A stretch of 64,000 nt of DNA from an uncultured Candidatus Saccharibacteria bacterium (GCA_964617735.1 CAZTXT010000001.1:459589-523588), one strand, 5' to 3'. Positions 9,030-18,613 are shown, numbered from the stretch's first letter. Notes: generated by a model from the letters alone, not told the origin. Program-made: numbers and translations.

Positions 9030-10028
9030 ATGTCTCTCTCAATTGGAATTGTCGGTCTGCCGAACGTGGGGAAATCCACACTTTTTAATGCGCTGACCAA
9101 ACGCAGTGTGCCGGCGGAAAATTATCCATTCTGCACGATAGATCCATCGGTTGGCGTGGTTGCTGTGCCGGACGAGCGACTTGAGAGACTTAATGCATTC
9201 TCTAAATCCAAGAAGAAAGTTCCCGCTATCGTTGAATTTACCGATATCGCGGGTCTGGTGAAGGGCGCTGCTGAAGGAGAGGGCTTAGGTAATAAATTTC
9301 TCTCACACATCCGCGAGGTGGATGCAATTGCCGAAGTGGTTCGCACCTTTGACGACCCGGATATTATTCACGTCGCCGGAAAAATTGATCCCCTATCTGA
9401 CATCGGAGTTATCGAGCTTGAACTTGGCCTTGCGGACCTTGAAACCGTAACGAAGCGAATGGCAAATGTTCAAAAAGACGTAAAGGCGCACAAAAAAGAA
9501 GCACTGGTTGAATACCCTCTGCTTGAGCGTTTGCAGGCCGCACTAAAAGCGGGGAAGTTAGCTTCAACCGTTTCCGTCTCTGAAGTTGAACTGCCGATGC
9601 TCAAACAATTGCATCTGTTGACCGCAAAGCCGATTTTCTATGTGCTTAATACGTCCGAGGCTGGGAAGAATGACGAACAGGTGGTCTCAAAGATTCCCGG
9701 ACTCTATGTAAAAGTTGATCCGGTATTTGAAAAGGGATTGGACGACCTTATTAAAAAGAGCTACGAAACACTCGACCTGATTACCTTTTTTACGACGGGG
9801 GAGGATGAGACGCGCGGCTGGACAATAAAGCGCGGCTCGAGCGCTCCCGACGCTGGTGCCGCGATCCACACCGACTTTCGAGACAAATTCATCCGTGCCG
9901 AAGTCGTGTTCTGGAAAGATCTCCTCGATGCAGGCTCATTTGCGACCGCGCGGGAGAAGGGGTTAGTGCGCACCGAAGGAAAAGAATACATCGTCAAAGA
10001 TGGAGATGTGATTGAGTTTAAGGTTTAG
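9030..10028 (+). CDS. ychF: Redox-regulated ATPase YchF
   Basis: GIVGLPNVGKST, NYPFCTI, DIAGLVKGA, EGLGNKFL and GKEYIVKDGD motifs. Confidence 0.97.
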   Translation: MSLSIGIVGLPNVGKSTLFNALTKRSVPAENYPFCTIDPSVGVVAVPDERLERLNAFSKSKKKVPAIVEFTDIAGLVKGAAEGEGLGNKFLSHIREVDAIAEVVRTFDDPDIIHVAGKIDPLSDIGVIELELGLADLETVTKRMANVQKDVKAHKKEALVEYPLLERLQAALKAGKLASTVSVSEVELPMLKQLHLLTAKPIFYVLNTSEAGKNDEQVVSKIPGLYVKVDPVFEKGLDDLIKKSYETLDLITFFTTGEDETRGWTIKRGSSAPDAGAAIHTDFRDKFIRAEVVFWKDLLDAGSFATAREKGLVRTEGKEYIVKDGDVIEFKV

Positions 10029-10054
10029 GTAAATTAAAACACCGCAATAGTTTG

Positions 10055-10471
10055 CTACCTACCGCGGTGTTCAGGTTGAGACTTTTCGTTCTTGAAAATC
10101 CGCCCCGAGATGATGAAGCTTAAGATGGAAATAACCACCGTGAGAATCATCTGTGCTCCGATGTACCACATGTGCAGGTATTGCACCATGAGGTACAGAA
10201 GACCTGTGTTTCCGATCAGGAAGCAGACGGTCATCACGGCATACAGCACGAGCTGCCGTCCAACCATTCCTGTCTCCTTGTTCTGAAATGTCCAGAACTT
10301 TTGAAGCGTAAAGTTCAATCCAGTATTTAGGATGAACCCAATTACTGCCGAAGCGACGTACCAGACTCGCAGATATTCCGTGAGTCCGTACAATGCTGCG
10401 TAGTAGGCGATAACACCAGCGGCCCCTGCAACGCAGAACCGCACGGCTTGCTTGAAGCGTGAGGTCTGCAT
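10055..10471 (-). CDS. GtrA-family flippase-like membrane protein
   Basis: RFCVAG...NFTLQKFWTF pattern with 4 TM; SD GAAAGGAG. Confidence 0.85.
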   Translation of the reverse strand: MQTSRFKQAVRFCVAGAAGVIAYYAALYGLTEYLRVWYVASAVIGFILNTGLNFTLQKFWTFQNKETGMVGRQLVLYAVMTVCFLIGNTGLLYLMVQYLHMWYIGAQMILTVVISILSFIISGRIFKNEKSQPEHRGR

Positions 10472-10540
10472 TGTGCGACTCCTTTCGTTCCGCCCGTTAT
10501 ATTACTTTTCTGTATAAAAATTGCAAACTCAATCTAATAT

Positions 10541-10567
10541 AATCTGATATACCCCATATATCAGATT
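10541..10567. promoter_or_regulatory. Perfect 11-bp inverted repeat (operator- or recombinase-site-like)
   Basis: AATCTGATATA-CCCCA-TATATCAGATT, preceded by a half-site variant AATCTAATAT. Confidence 0.5.
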
Positions 10568-10721
10568 GCTTGCTATATAAAACCGTGTTGGTAAAATCGT
10601 ATTAACGAATAATCGGCGAGAAAGCCAAAATTTCTAAGGTTCAGAAGATGTTGGTGTGATTGAGTTTAGGGTCTAGGAAAAGAAAAAGAGCAGGTATAAC
10701 CTGCTCTGTGAGGCTTATGAG

Positions 10722-10868
10722 CTAAATCAAAAGTAAGAGGGAACCAGATGCAACTGCCCAATTACCAACTAGGGCTAAGCATTCTGAGTAAACTGGGGAA
10801 TCCGTTCTTATTTCTGAAAAAATCAAGAGCCCAAGTCCGAGTGTAATAGATATTATTGGAATGATCAT
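10722..10868 (-). CDS. 48-aa two-helix hydrophobic peptide
   Basis: MIIPIISITLGLGLLIFSE...LLLLI; promoter TTGACA-16-TAAAGT, SD GAAAGGA, terminator GAGCAGGT/ACCTGCTC plus T-tract. Confidence 0.65.
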   Translation of the reverse strand: MIIPIISITLGLGLLIFSEIRTDSPVYSECLALVGNWAVASGSLLLLI

Positions 10869-10947
10869 AAATCCTTTCACATAGGACTTTAACTTTTGAG
10901 AAATTATTGTCAAGTGACGATGGTGGTGTCGAGTTTAAGGTCTAGGT

Positions 10948-11050
10948 AAAAAGAAGGGCGCTCAAACCTTGAAGGAATGAGCGCTTGAAAAAATGAAAAC
11001 CGCCGGGGTGAAGCACTATTTAGTTAAAGTTCGTAAAGATCTTCATGTGT
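10948..11050 (-). ncRNA. Candidate ~100-nt sRNA or micro-ORF unit (MKIFTNFN*)
   Basis: TTGACA-17-TAATCA promoter (11082-11054); GCGCTCA/TGAGCGC hairpin plus T-tract; no long ORF between them. Confidence 0.4.
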
Positions 11051-11172
11051 TCATGATTAGCAAATTACAAGAATAGTGTCAAGATCAAAGATGATAGTCT
11101 CATAGAATTTAAAGTATAGCGCCACATAATGCCTCTTACAAAAAAGCAAGGACTACGTCCTTGCTTTGCACG

Positions 11173-11520
11173 TCATTCTTCGATGACGAAGATCACGAAT
11201 CGATACTGGTCTTTGTGGCGAGCTTCGATTAATTCCCAGACTTCAATCCCTAACCTGACCACTTCGCAATATTGTTTTTGAAGCAGGCGCGAGAAGACGA
11301 CCTGTGTTTCGTGGAATTGAAAAGCTAGTTGGGCGGCAAAAACCTGTGCGTTATGCATCGGCGAACTGACAATGAGTGGTGCATAGTTGCCTATGGTCCT
11401 CGTTATTTCCACAGTAACCAATCGAATGTATATGACGGTGTTAGGATCTCTCTCATGTATCTGCTTAATCGTGTTGACTGCATCCTGCACGTCTAAACCA
11501 AAAAACTGCGGTAATTGCAT
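11173..11520 (-). CDS. Hypothetical protein (orphan)
   Basis: AAGAGGGTG SD before ATG; terminator AAAGCAAGGAC/GTCCTTGCTTT at about 11140-11167. Confidence 0.6.
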   Translation of the reverse strand: MQLPQFFGLDVQDAVNTIKQIHERDPNTVIYIRLVTVEITRTIGNYAPLIVSSPMHNAQVFAAQLAFQFHETQVVFSRLLQKQYCEVVRLGIEVWELIEARHKDQYRFVIFVIEE

Positions 11521-11711
11521 AATCACCCCTCTTTTTGTTTTCTAGCAAACAGATTAAGACAGCGGATGCTGCTGTCAAGACCCCCCGTGCATAACAGCCC
11601 TTGCACAAGCTTTTCTCAGGTATATGATGAGCCGCAGAATTTTCGCCACGGAACCGGAAACACCGCAGGGTGCGGTGCGGGGTTAACAAACGCGAAATAG
11701 AAAGGTACTTT

Positions 11712-12569
11712 GTGAGAAATCTATTGACTATTAGTGTATGCGCTCTTCTGTCACTGTCGCGCACCCTCTTCGGCCAGGTTACCAACGATGAGAGCGCGTT
11801 CGGCTTGAGAACTGACGAAATCGCACGGGAAATGAGCATCGACGGGCCGACGGAGGACAGTTTCGCCGACCGATTCGAATACTTCTTCAAAAAGGAGCAG
11901 ATCAGGCTGTTCTACAACGAGTTCAATCCGCTCCGCTACGGACGATGGCGGCTCCTCTATGAAGATGACCCTCGCGGTTTGATCCGCCAGGCAGATCGTT
12001 CAGCCACAAGCACGTTCGAGAAGTCGTTGGAGTATGCGGCGCGGGAAGCCTTTGCAACAACACCGGCGATGTACTGGCTTGACGATATGGGTACGGCAGT
12101 TTCCCTCTTCGCCCGAGGGACCATTGGAGCGATCGAGGAAGAGGAGGTTCGTCCAACTGATATCTCGTATCGCCCGATCGAGCAATCATGGTGGCGCAGC
12201 TTTTCAGAGAATAACTTCAGGTACGGGCTGCGCTTCAATGCACGCCCGTATGCATACGTGGGTTTCAAACTCGGGCCTCATGACAATCCGTATGCGATGG
12301 TTGACCTTCGCTATCGGACCTTTCAGTTCTTTCATGGGAGTCGCTTCCTGGATATAGGTGCGCATCGGTTCGAACTCGCGCTCTCGCTGCGTCCGATCGA
12401 TGGATATTCGGTTGGTATCGGCACTTCTTATGAACTGAAGCGCGGTGACGAGGTTGCCGGACTTGCCGTTCGATTCCAAAAGGAATTAAAGCGGGTCGGT
12501 GCCATCTTTGTCGGCGCCGATGTCAAAAGCCACTCCGAATTCTTTTGGGGTGTTACCAGAAGCTTTTAG
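11712..12569 (+). CDS. Secreted protein with C-terminal amphipathic beta-strands (beta-barrel-like)
   Basis: GAAAGG SD plus GTG; signal-peptide-like N-terminus; alternating strands; ends FFWGVTRSF; terminator at about 12576-12612. Confidence 0.7.
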   Translation: MRNLLTISVCALLSLSRTLFGQVTNDESAFGLRTDEIAREMSIDGPTEDSFADRFEYFFKKEQIRLFYNEFNPLRYGRWRLLYEDDPRGLIRQADRSATSTFEKSLEYAAREAFATTPAMYWLDDMGTAVSLFARGTIGAIEEEEVRPTDISYRPIEQSWWRSFSENNFRYGLRFNARPYAYVGFKLGPHDNPYAMVDLRYRTFQFFHGSRFLDIGAHRFELALSLRPIDGYSVGIGTSYELKRGDEVAGLAVRFQKELKRVGAIFVGADVKSHSEFFWGVTRSF

Positions 12570-12672
12570 CTTCAGAGCGCGGCTCGCTTGGCGAGCCGCG
12601 CCTTCTTTTTTCTCAAATTGCCATAGCTTTGTTCGTGTTGTATCATAGGCGCATTACCCGTAACGTTTTATC

Positions 12673-13629
12673 ATGAACGAAACCAAAACTACTGCGAAAG
12701 ACTTCTTCATGCATTTGGCCGCTGTGGTCTTCCTCTATTCGAGCGCTGTCAGCCTGATCAATCTGCTATTCCAGATCGTCAATTATGCTTTTCCAGACAA
12801 CCTCGAGTATTACGTGGATCCGTACTCAAGCGCCATGCGGTGGGCGATTGCGACCCTCGTCATCATGTTCCCGCTCTACCTCATCTTGCTGCGCGGCATC
12901 GAGCACGATGTTCAGCGCGAGCCGGCCAAAAAGCAGATTTGGATCCGCCGCTGGCTCTCGTTTTTGACCCTTTTCGTTGCAGGACTTACGGTTGCGATCG
13001 ACTTAGTCGTCCTCATCAATAATTTTCTCGGCGGAGAATTGACCGCTCGCTTCGGGCTCAAGGTCCTTGCAGTGCTCATTGTCGCTGCGGCGGTGTTTGG
13101 TTTCTACATCTACGATCTGCGCCGAGACACCGGCCAGAGTGCGAAGGGGATGCGATCATTTTCCATCGGCGCGATCGCACTCGTGCTGATCTCGCTCGTT
13201 AGCGGTTTTATCGTGATGGGTTCGCCGGCAGCCGCACGGAAAATGAAATTCGATGATCAACGTATCGCGAACCTTAGCGAGATTCAGTGGCAGGTCGTCA
13301 GTTTCTGGCAGAGAACGCAGAAACTTCCGACAAACCTCGATGCGCTGAACGACCAGATCAGCGGATTTGCTGCGCAGAAAGATCCGGAAACCGGCGCCTC
13401 GTACGAGTATGCGGCGACTGACAAGCTCGCCTTCCGGCTCTGCGCAATCTTCGATCTGGCAAGCACCCAAACACGCGCGGGCCAAACGTACCCCGCGCCC
13501 TATGATACGAATGGCCTTAACAATAACTGGCAACATGGCGCCGGCAGAGTTTGTTTTGATCGGACGATAGACCCGAGCCGTTATCCGCCGACAAGCAATA
13601 ATGGAATTCCGGTAAAGAGCGTTCAATGA
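12673..13629 (+). CDS. DUF5671-like multi-TM CPR protein with pilin-like extracellular C-terminal domain
   Basis: AKDFFMHL..., IRRWLSFLTLFVAG, GELTARF; C-terminal RIANLSEIQ...LPTNL...DPETG.SYEY...FRLCAIF. Confidence 0.75.
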   Translation: MNETKTTAKDFFMHLAAVVFLYSSAVSLINLLFQIVNYAFPDNLEYYVDPYSSAMRWAIATLVIMFPLYLILLRGIEHDVQREPAKKQIWIRRWLSFLTLFVAGLTVAIDLVVLINNFLGGELTARFGLKVLAVLIVAAAVFGFYIYDLRRDTGQSAKGMRSFSIGAIALVLISLVSGFIVMGSPAAARKMKFDDQRIANLSEIQWQVVSFWQRTQKLPTNLDALNDQISGFAAQKDPETGASYEYAATDKLAFRLCAIFDLASTQTRAGQTYPAPYDTNGLNNNWQHGAGRVCFDRTIDPSRYPPTSNNGIPVKSVQ

Positions 13630-16124
13630 TGAGTTATGATCATAAGAAAATAGAACGCAAGTGGCAGCGCGAGTGGGAGAAGAAGAAACTGTATGAGGCG
13701 AACGATGGCGGCAAGAAGCCGAAGTTCTATTCGCTGATCGAATTCCCGTACCCTTCGGGGGATGGCCTTCACGTCGGTCACATTCGCTCTAACACTGCGA
13801 TGGATATCATATCCCGCAAGCGGCGGATGGAGGGATTCGAGGTGCTCTATCCGATCGGCTGGGATGCATTTGGCCTACCGACCGAGAACTACGCGATAAA
13901 GAAGGGTATTCAGCCGGCGGTCGTTACAAAACAGAATACCGATAATTTTCGACGCCAGCTCAAAGCGCTCGGTTTCTCGTTCGACTGGTCGCGCGAGATA
14001 AACACGACTGACCCCGCATACTACCGATGGACGCAATGGATTTTCCTGCAGTTCTTCAAGAAGGGTCTTGCCTATAAAAAGAAAATGGCCATTAACTGGT
14101 GTCCCAAAGACAAAATTGGGCTTGCCAACGAAGAGGTCATCGATGGACGGTGCGAGCGGTGCGGGACGGCGGTCGAGAAGCGTGAGAAGGAGCAGTGGAT
14201 GCTTGCGATCACGAAGTATGCGGATCGTTTGAATAAAGACCTCGATACGGTGGATTTTCTCGAACGCATCAAGATACAACAGCGCAATTGGATAGGGAAG
14301 TCAGAGGGCGCAGAGATCGATTTTCTCCTCGATTTCAAAAAGAATCCCAAAGATAATGAGCGGCGCGGTCCTCATGGGGAACGTGCCCAACTAACAGTGT
14401 TTACTACTCGTGCCGATACTCTTTTTGGGGCGACATACCTTGTGCTCTCTCCGGAGCATCCATGGATTACACTAGCCATTGATGAGCGCCATGATGTGCT
14501 TTTGAATAAAGATGAAGTGAAGGCATATGTAGAGAAAGCGAAAAAGAAAACCGAAACTGAACGAACGGCGACCGAGAAGGAAAAAACCGGTGTTGAGGTC
14601 AAAGGTGTCAAAGCGATAAATCCGGCAACGAAAGAAGAGATACCGATGTTCGTCGCCGACTATGTGCTCTCCGACTACGGTACCGGGGCCATTATGGCAG
14701 TGCCCGCACATGATGATCGGGATTTACTTTTTGCTATTAAGTTCAAGCTTCTCATTCGACCCGTAATCATGCCGGTAAATTCAATAAAAGTGCCAGGACT
14801 TACGGAATCTTTAATAAAAAGTTGCCTTGAGAGCGGTTTTGCTCTCTACGGCGATGGTCTTCTGTTCAATTCAGGCAAATTTGATGGTATTGATTCAAAC
14901 AGTGCCAAAAGGCAGATTCCTGAATCCGTTGGGGGACGAATGGTAACTACCTACAAACTCCGTGACTGGGTATTTTCCCGCCAAAGGTACTGGGGCGAGC
15001 CGATACCACTGGTCTACTGCGAGAAGGATGGATGGGTTGCCGTACCGGAGAAAGATTTGCCGGTCAAATTACCTACGGTAAAGAACTACCAACCGACTGA
15101 TACGGGAGAGTCACCGCTTGCTGCGATTGAAAAGTGGGTGAAGACCAAATGCCCGCAGTGTAAAGGTCCCGCACGGCGAGAAACGGACACAATGCCAAAC
15201 TGGGCCGGATCAAGTTGGTATTACCTGCGCTACACGGACCCCCAAAATAAGCGAGCGTTTGCCGATAAAAAGAGACTAAAGCATTGGACACCTGTGGATT
15301 GGTACAACGGAGGAATGGAGCATACCACCTTGCACTTACTCTATTCACGCTTTTGGCATAAATTCCTTTTCGATGAAGGGCTGGTGCCGACTACAGAGCC
15401 GTATGCCAAGCGTACCAGCCATGGCCTTATTCTTGCCGAAGGCGGTGTAAAAATGTCTAAATCGAAAGGGAATGTTGTGAATCCCGACACATTAGTGGAA
15501 AGTGTCGGTGCTGACAGCTTGCGTCTCTATGAGATGTTCATGGGTCCCTTTGATCAGGCTATCGCGTGGTCGACCGACGGAGTCGTCGGTACGCGCCGGT
15601 TCCTCGAACGCGTTTGGGGCTTGCGCGAGAAATTTCGGGATACGGAAACCAAGATCGAAGATCAACGTTTGGAGATGCTTCTCCATCAGACGATCAAGAA
15701 AGTCAGCGAAGACATAGAAGCGATGAAATTCAATACGGCGATAAGCCAGATGATGATCTTCGTCAATGAATGCGAGAAGCAGACATATATCCCCCGCGAC
15801 GCCTATCTGCAGTTTATCCGTTTGCTCGCACCTTTTGCACCGCATATAACCGAGGAACTCTGGGAAATAGCGGGAGGGAAGGGCTCTATCCACAAAGAGC
15901 CGTGGCCCGTATATGAGAGTGCGAAGATCAGGAGCGCGGAAGCCGTCATTGCCGTGCAAGTGAACGGGAAAGTCCGGGGTAGTATCGTCCTTTCCGCTAC
16001 GGCGAGCAAAGAAGAGGCCTTAACAGCGGCGCTTTCTAAGCCCGAAATAAAAAAGTGGGCGGGAAATGGACAACCGAGAAAGATCGTGTACATTGAGGGG
16101 AAAATACTAAGCGTGGTGTTCTAG
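13626..16124 (+). CDS. leuS: Leucine--tRNA ligase
   Basis: FPYPSG-GLHVGH, GWDAFGLPTEN, RQRYWG and KMSKS motifs. Confidence 0.98.
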   Translation: MMSYDHKKIERKWQREWEKKKLYEANDGGKKPKFYSLIEFPYPSGDGLHVGHIRSNTAMDIISRKRRMEGFEVLYPIGWDAFGLPTENYAIKKGIQPAVVTKQNTDNFRRQLKALGFSFDWSREINTTDPAYYRWTQWIFLQFFKKGLAYKKKMAINWCPKDKIGLANEEVIDGRCERCGTAVEKREKEQWMLAITKYADRLNKDLDTVDFLERIKIQQRNWIGKSEGAEIDFLLDFKKNPKDNERRGPHGERAQLTVFTTRADTLFGATYLVLSPEHPWITLAIDERHDVLLNKDEVKAYVEKAKKKTETERTATEKEKTGVEVKGVKAINPATKEEIPMFVADYVLSDYGTGAIMAVPAHDDRDLLFAIKFKLLIRPVIMPVNSIKVPGLTESLIKSCLESGFALYGDGLLFNSGKFDGIDSNSAKRQIPESVGGRMVTTYKLRDWVFSRQRYWGEPIPLVYCEKDGWVAVPEKDLPVKLPTVKNYQPTDTGESPLAAIEKWVKTKCPQCKGPARRETDTMPNWAGSSWYYLRYTDPQNKRAFADKKRLKHWTPVDWYNGGMEHTTLHLLYSRFWHKFLFDEGLVPTTEPYAKRTSHGLILAEGGVKMSKSKGNVVNPDTLVESVGADSLRLYEMFMGPFDQAIAWSTDGVVGTRRFLERVWGLREKFRDTETKIEDQRLEMLLHQTIKKVSEDIEAMKFNTAISQMMIFVNECEKQTYIPRDAYLQFIRLLAPFAPHITEELWEIAGGKGSIHKEPWPVYESAKIRSAEAVIAVQVNGKVRGSIVLSATASKEEALTAALSKPEIKKWAGNGQPRKIVYIEGKILSVVF

Positions 16125-16237
16125 ATTGAACAGAATTTCTTCCGAAAATCTATGAGCTTGACAAGGTATTTACAATGTGCAGAATTGACTGTGTCTCAAG
16201 CAAAACAAGGGGAAATCGATAGCTAAAACTCTTTTTC

Positions 16238-17269
16238 ATGCAAATGAAACCAAAACAGGTAGTGAAGAAGCTCCTCGCCGTCCTTCCTGAACGGGCACGG
16301 GAGATCATTGTGGCGCGGTATGGTTTGGGTAAAAATTCTGATAAACAAACGCTCGAGGCTATCGGCCATCGTTACGGCATCACGCGAGAGCGGGTGCGGC
16401 AGATCGAGAATTACGCTTTGAATAATATCCGCAAATCGGAGCAATTTAAGAAAGAAACCGGTTCATTTTCCGAGTTGGAAGGATACATCGACACCCTTGG
16501 CGGGGTAGTAGCAGAAAAAGATTTGCTCAATCAGCTTGCCAAGGACAAAAGTCTCCAGAACCACGTCGTTTTCATGCTCGTTTTGGGCGAGTCGTTCTTC
16601 AAGGAAAAAGAGGACGAGACGTTTTATCATCGCTGGCACGTCAACTCCGACCTCTCCAAGAAAGTCCACGAATCCATACGGAAGCTCTATAAAGCTCTCA
16701 AGAACGACGATATCATCCCCGAAGCCGACATGATCGCTGCGTTCCTCGAACATCTCAAAGACGTCTCTGAAAAATACAAGAACGAAGAGATTCTCAAGCG
16801 GTGGCTCTCGATGACCAAAACGATCGGCAAGAATCCCTTGGGTGAATGGGGTCTTGCAACGTCTCCCAATATCCGTGCGAAAGGCATGCGCGACTATGCC
16901 TTCCTTGTCCTGCGTCGGCATGGCTCTCCGATACATTTCCGCGATGTTGCAAAATCCATAACTGAACTATTCGGTAAGAAGGCGCATGTTGCGACGACTC
17001 ACAATGAACTGATCAAGGACCCGCGCTTCGTATTGGTGGGCCGCGGCCTCTATGCGCTCTCGGAATGGGGCTATGTATCCGGCGTGGTCCGCGATGTGAT
17101 CCGGAAGATTCTTGAGAAGAACGGACCCCTGACGAAGGAAGAAATAATCGACAAGGTTCTCAAAGAGCGCTACGTCAAAGAGAATACTATCGTGGTCAAC
17201 CTCCAAAACCAGCGGTACTTTAAAAAAGATTCATCAGGCCGCTACTCGATCGTTCCCGTCGCGGCATAA
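16238..17269 (+). CDS. Sigma70 region-4 HTH plus HARE-HTH-like protein (CPR-type)
   Basis: N-terminal LPERAREII..RYGL...TLEAIG..YGITRERVRQIE; C-terminal HNELIKDPRFVLVGRGLYAL.EWGY; no sigma region 2. Confidence 0.8.
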   Translation: MQMKPKQVVKKLLAVLPERAREIIVARYGLGKNSDKQTLEAIGHRYGITRERVRQIENYALNNIRKSEQFKKETGSFSELEGYIDTLGGVVAEKDLLNQLAKDKSLQNHVVFMLVLGESFFKEKEDETFYHRWHVNSDLSKKVHESIRKLYKALKNDDIIPEADMIAAFLEHLKDVSEKYKNEEILKRWLSMTKTIGKNPLGEWGLATSPNIRAKGMRDYAFLVLRRHGSPIHFRDVAKSITELFGKKAHVATTHNELIKDPRFVLVGRGLYALSEWGYVSGVVRDVIRKILEKNGPLTKEEIIDKVLKERYVKENTIVVNLQNQRYFKKDSSGRYSIVPVAA

Positions 17270-17379
17270 ACGAATTGGTATCAAAAAATCCCTCTGGTGA
17301 GGGATTTTTTGATACACGGCGGCTTTCTTTACCCGCAGAACGTTTTGATGCCGTCTTCATTTCGGTATATGATTAAACC

Positions 17380-18612
17380 ATGTTCTTGGTGCTGTATAAA
17401 CAGTTTTCGATACTTTTTTCCTTCTTCGCCCAGATCTACCATTTTCTGCTCCACTGGATATACTATTGGCTCCCGCTTGCGCTTGGGGGTATGTTCGTCA
17501 AGACATGGCTTAACTATCTTCGGGCCGAGTTCATCTTTACGCAAGGCACGTTCTTGATAGAAATAAAGATACCCCGTGAGATAACCAAGTCCCCGCTTGC
17601 GATGGAGACATTTCTGCATGCGCTCTGGCAAAAACCAGCCTCGACCTATATCGACACCTATTGGAATGGGAAAATCCAGCCCTGGTTCTCGCTTGAAATG
17701 GTATCTATCGGCGGAGAGATCAAATTCTTCATCTGGGGTCCAGAAAAGTATCGCGCGATCGTGGAAGCCCAGCTCTATGCGCAGTATCCGGATGTCGAGG
17801 TCTATGAGGCGCAGGATTATACGGATACCGTAGTGCATGACCTTTCACGCTTTTTCTTGTGGGGTACATATTTCAAACTCACGCAAAAGGATGTGTATCC
17901 CATAAAGACGTACGTCGATTACGGACTCGATAAGCAAAATGTCGAAGAAGAAGAGAAAATCGACCCATTCACTGCGGTACTCGAATACTTAGGTTCTCTT
18001 AAACAAGGCGAGCAGGTTTGGATACAGATCCTAGTCCAAGGACATCAGCAGCGCACCATAGTCCAGGGCCAGCTCTTTCCTTCAAAAGATTGGACCAAAG
18101 AGGCAAAGCAAGAGATCGCACGGATCAAAAAAGAAGCGAAAATCGGAGAGGCTGGCGTATTCGGGCGTCTCACTAAAGGGGAGGAGCGCAAGATCGAAGC
18201 GATCGAGCGGAGCATCGACAAATTCGCGTTCGATACGATCATCCGCGCGTTTTATATCTGCCCTGCGGGCCCTCCTGACCCCGCCGCGATACCGGGGCTC
18301 ATCGGACATATGAAGCAATACAGTTCTAATTATCTCAACGGTTTCAAGTTGGGCTGGTTCACGGATTTCGATTACCCTTGGATGGATTTCATGCGCATAC
18401 GACGGACATCATTGGAGAAGCGCATGTTGCGCGCGTATAAGCTTCGTTCTGGTTTTCAGATACCGTATCGGAATTTCCATACGACGCCGTTTATTCTAAG
18501 CACCGAAGAACTCGCCACCATTTACCATTTCCCCGGTTCCGTCGCGCGCACGCCGAATTTGAGCCGCATCGAATCTCGCCGCTCGGAAGCGCCTTCGAAC
18601 CTGCCTACATAA
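17380..18612 (+). CDS. Conserved membrane-anchored hypothetical protein (CPR-type)
   Basis: N-terminal TM; WFSLEMVS.GG, LYAQYPDVE, YPIKTY and ILSTEELATIYHFP motifs. Confidence 0.75.
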   Translation: MFLVLYKQFSILFSFFAQIYHFLLHWIYYWLPLALGGMFVKTWLNYLRAEFIFTQGTFLIEIKIPREITKSPLAMETFLHALWQKPASTYIDTYWNGKIQPWFSLEMVSIGGEIKFFIWGPEKYRAIVEAQLYAQYPDVEVYEAQDYTDTVVHDLSRFFLWGTYFKLTQKDVYPIKTYVDYGLDKQNVEEEEKIDPFTAVLEYLGSLKQGEQVWIQILVQGHQQRTIVQGQLFPSKDWTKEAKQEIARIKKEAKIGEAGVFGRLTKGEERKIEAIERSIDKFAFDTIIRAFYICPAGPPDPAAIPGLIGHMKQYSSNYLNGFKLGWFTDFDYPWMDFMRIRRTSLEKRMLRAYKLRSGFQIPYRNFHTTPFILSTEELATIYHFPGSVARTPNLSRIESRRSEAPSNLPT

Positions 18613-18613
18613 A

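Larger units (their letters stand above)
10647..11119. repeat. Three degenerate 30-bp direct repeats at 10647-10676, 10916-10945 and 11090-11119
   Basis: Consensus GAYGWTRGT-N6-GARTTTARRGTMTAG; ungapped alignment, 18 of 30 positions invariant. Confidence 0.7.

Noticed and set aside
10541-10567. dif/Xer site
   Set aside because: The geometry is 11-5-11 with perfect symmetry and lacks the TTATGTTAAA-like XerD arm; kept only as an unassigned palindrome
10647-11119. CRISPR array interpretation of the three 30-bp repeats
   Set aside because: Spacers are 239 and 144 bp and contain promoters and terminators, the repeats are degenerate and non-palindromic, and there is no cas operon
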